Assembly: GCA_002418835.1 (NCBI GenBank) | Contig: DIEX01000031.1 | Location: forward strand, 137,617 to 201,616 | DNA length: 64,000 bases | Direction of reading: 5' to 3' | From: Spirochaetia bacterium UBA5763 | GTDB lineage: Bacteria > Spirochaetota > UBA4802 > UBA5550 | In this document: piece by piece, positions 63,293 through 64,000 of the stretch | Layout: every line of letters begins with the position of its first letter | Numbering within the stretch: the stretch's first letter is position 1 | Notes under the pieces: model-generated | Databases searched by the model: none | What the model saw: only the letters and a program-made list of their open reading frames with translations | Told to the model about the DNA's origin: nothing | Made by a program: the position numbers and the translations under genes

Positions 63293-64000
63293 TTACGATA
63301 CAAGTGGTATCTGTATTTCGCAGCAAACCTTTATCTGTGAACCTTCAGCAAGATTAGAATAATCATTGATGTTGAATAATTTTATACTTCCCTTTAACTT
63401 CTCAGCAATTTTATCGCACATTGTCAGACCGATTCCGTAATCAAGAGTCGCGAATCCTTCATAAACTATCTTTGAAATACGTATAAATGGTTCAAAAATA
63501 ATGTTTTCATATTCTTCAGGTATACCTATAATCCCCCTGTCATTTTTAAGAGGAATATTCATAACATGCATAACAAAGTTATCATTGATAATATCAATGA
63601 TAATAGTTACCGGGGAATTACCCGGGCTGAACTTCAATGAATTAAGAATAACCTCGCGGATCATTTTTTCCATATAATGTCTATCAACATTAATAAACCT
63701 GTTTACAAAATGTTTTTTGGGATCGCTGACAAGGAAAGTGTTGTTTTTTATTTTACTCTGTTCATGAAAAGAGCGGATGATTGTGGCAGTTTCTTCAAAT
63801 AGATCCATAACTGTTATCCTGGACAGGTTAAAATCATTTTTGTGGATATTTTCAATATCTGAAAACGCATTAAGTCCCTGCTTGGCAAAATCTATATTTT
63901 CTTTAAAAAGGGAGATAATGTTATTATCAATTATTGAACTGCCGTCTGTTGTGTTTACAGCATTAGAACAGATGATGTCAATGAGTGAAAGAAGTGTTCC
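63293..64000 (-). CDS. sensor histidine kinase C-terminal portion (HATPase_c), 5'-truncated by window edge
   Basis: ORF track starts at Met 63808 but the reading frame stays open upstream to position 64000 (GTLLSLIDIICSNAVNTTDGSSIIDNNIISLFKENIDFAKQGLNAFSDIENIHKNDFNLSRITVM...); N-box-like VILNSLKFS and G-box GIGLTMCDKIAEKLKGSI. Confidence 0.55.
   Translation of the reverse strand, partial: GTLLSLIDIICSNAVNTTDGSSIIDNNIISLFKENIDFAKQGLNAFSDIENIHKNDFNLSRITVMDLFEETATIIRSFHEQSKIKNNTFLVSDPKKHFVNRFINVDRHYMEKMIREVILNSLKFSPGNSPVTIIIDIINDNFVMHVMNIPLKNDRGIIGIPEEYENIIFEPFIRISKIVYEGFATLDYGIGLTMCDKIAEKLKGSIKLFNINDYSNLAEGSQIKVCCEIQIPLVS

Noticed and set aside
1-64000. CRISPR arrays, rRNA genes, integrase- or transposase-bounded islands
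   Set aside because: I found no regularly spaced direct repeats with unique spacers, no rRNA-like conserved stretches, and no recombinase or transposase ORFs. The only repetitive DNA is the structured repeat family described above.

Overview
This 64 kb window looks like a densely coded chromosomal segment from an anaerobic, diderm bacterium. The organism is not identified. Features such as Cache-domain chemoreceptors, a FadL-like outer-membrane protein, a Na+-pump oxaloacetate decarboxylase, and poly-G tracts suggest a spirochaete-like lifestyle; this is inference only. About 50 protein genes lie on both strands. I found no rRNA genes or CRISPR arrays. tRNA genes cannot be screened reliably by eye.

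Recognisable content, in order along the window:
- a GntP-type permease, a TPR protein and a MOFRL glycerate kinase;
- an acyl-ACP thioesterase next to an alpha/beta hydrolase;
- an oadGBA Na+-translocating oxaloacetate decarboxylase operon;
- two sCache_2-type methyl-accepting chemotaxis proteins and two large hybrid sensor kinases;
- a roughly 10 kb minus-strand lipid-type locus (15015..26275): TetR, a cadherin-like lipoprotein, a FadL-family outer-membrane protein, a FN3 protein, a double-hotdog dehydratase, a membrane-anchored AraC regulator, a second double-hotdog protein and a CoA-transferase;
- a DegT aminotransferase with a CapD-type sugar dehydratase;
- malQ, a UPF0182 membrane protein, TerC and a GT-A glycosyltransferase;
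- a partner-switching-type module (membrane sensor with an RsbW-like GHKL ATPase, a PP2C/SpoIIE phosphatase, a separate STAS protein);
- pstS and phoA;
- a YibE/F membrane protein, an MBL hydrolase and a HEPN/MNT toxin-antitoxin pair;
- an operon of a GH13 alpha-glucosidase with an unusual PHP-phosphoesterase::GT4 fusion;
- a MarR / hypothetical / YkgJ / 47-aa Cys-rich peptide operon.

The main non-genic signal is a family of five structured intergenic repeats, MITE/REP-like, 80-150 bp each, with TTGTCAT(T/A)CCGG...CCGG(T/A)ATGACAA termini and a conserved internal hairpin CCGGAATCTCAT..ATGAGAT(A/T)CCGG. Two long poly-G tracts also stand out as possible phase-variation (contingency) sites: G10 in the ribosome-binding site of the TPR gene, and G9 inside the active-site codons of an alpha/beta hydrolase.
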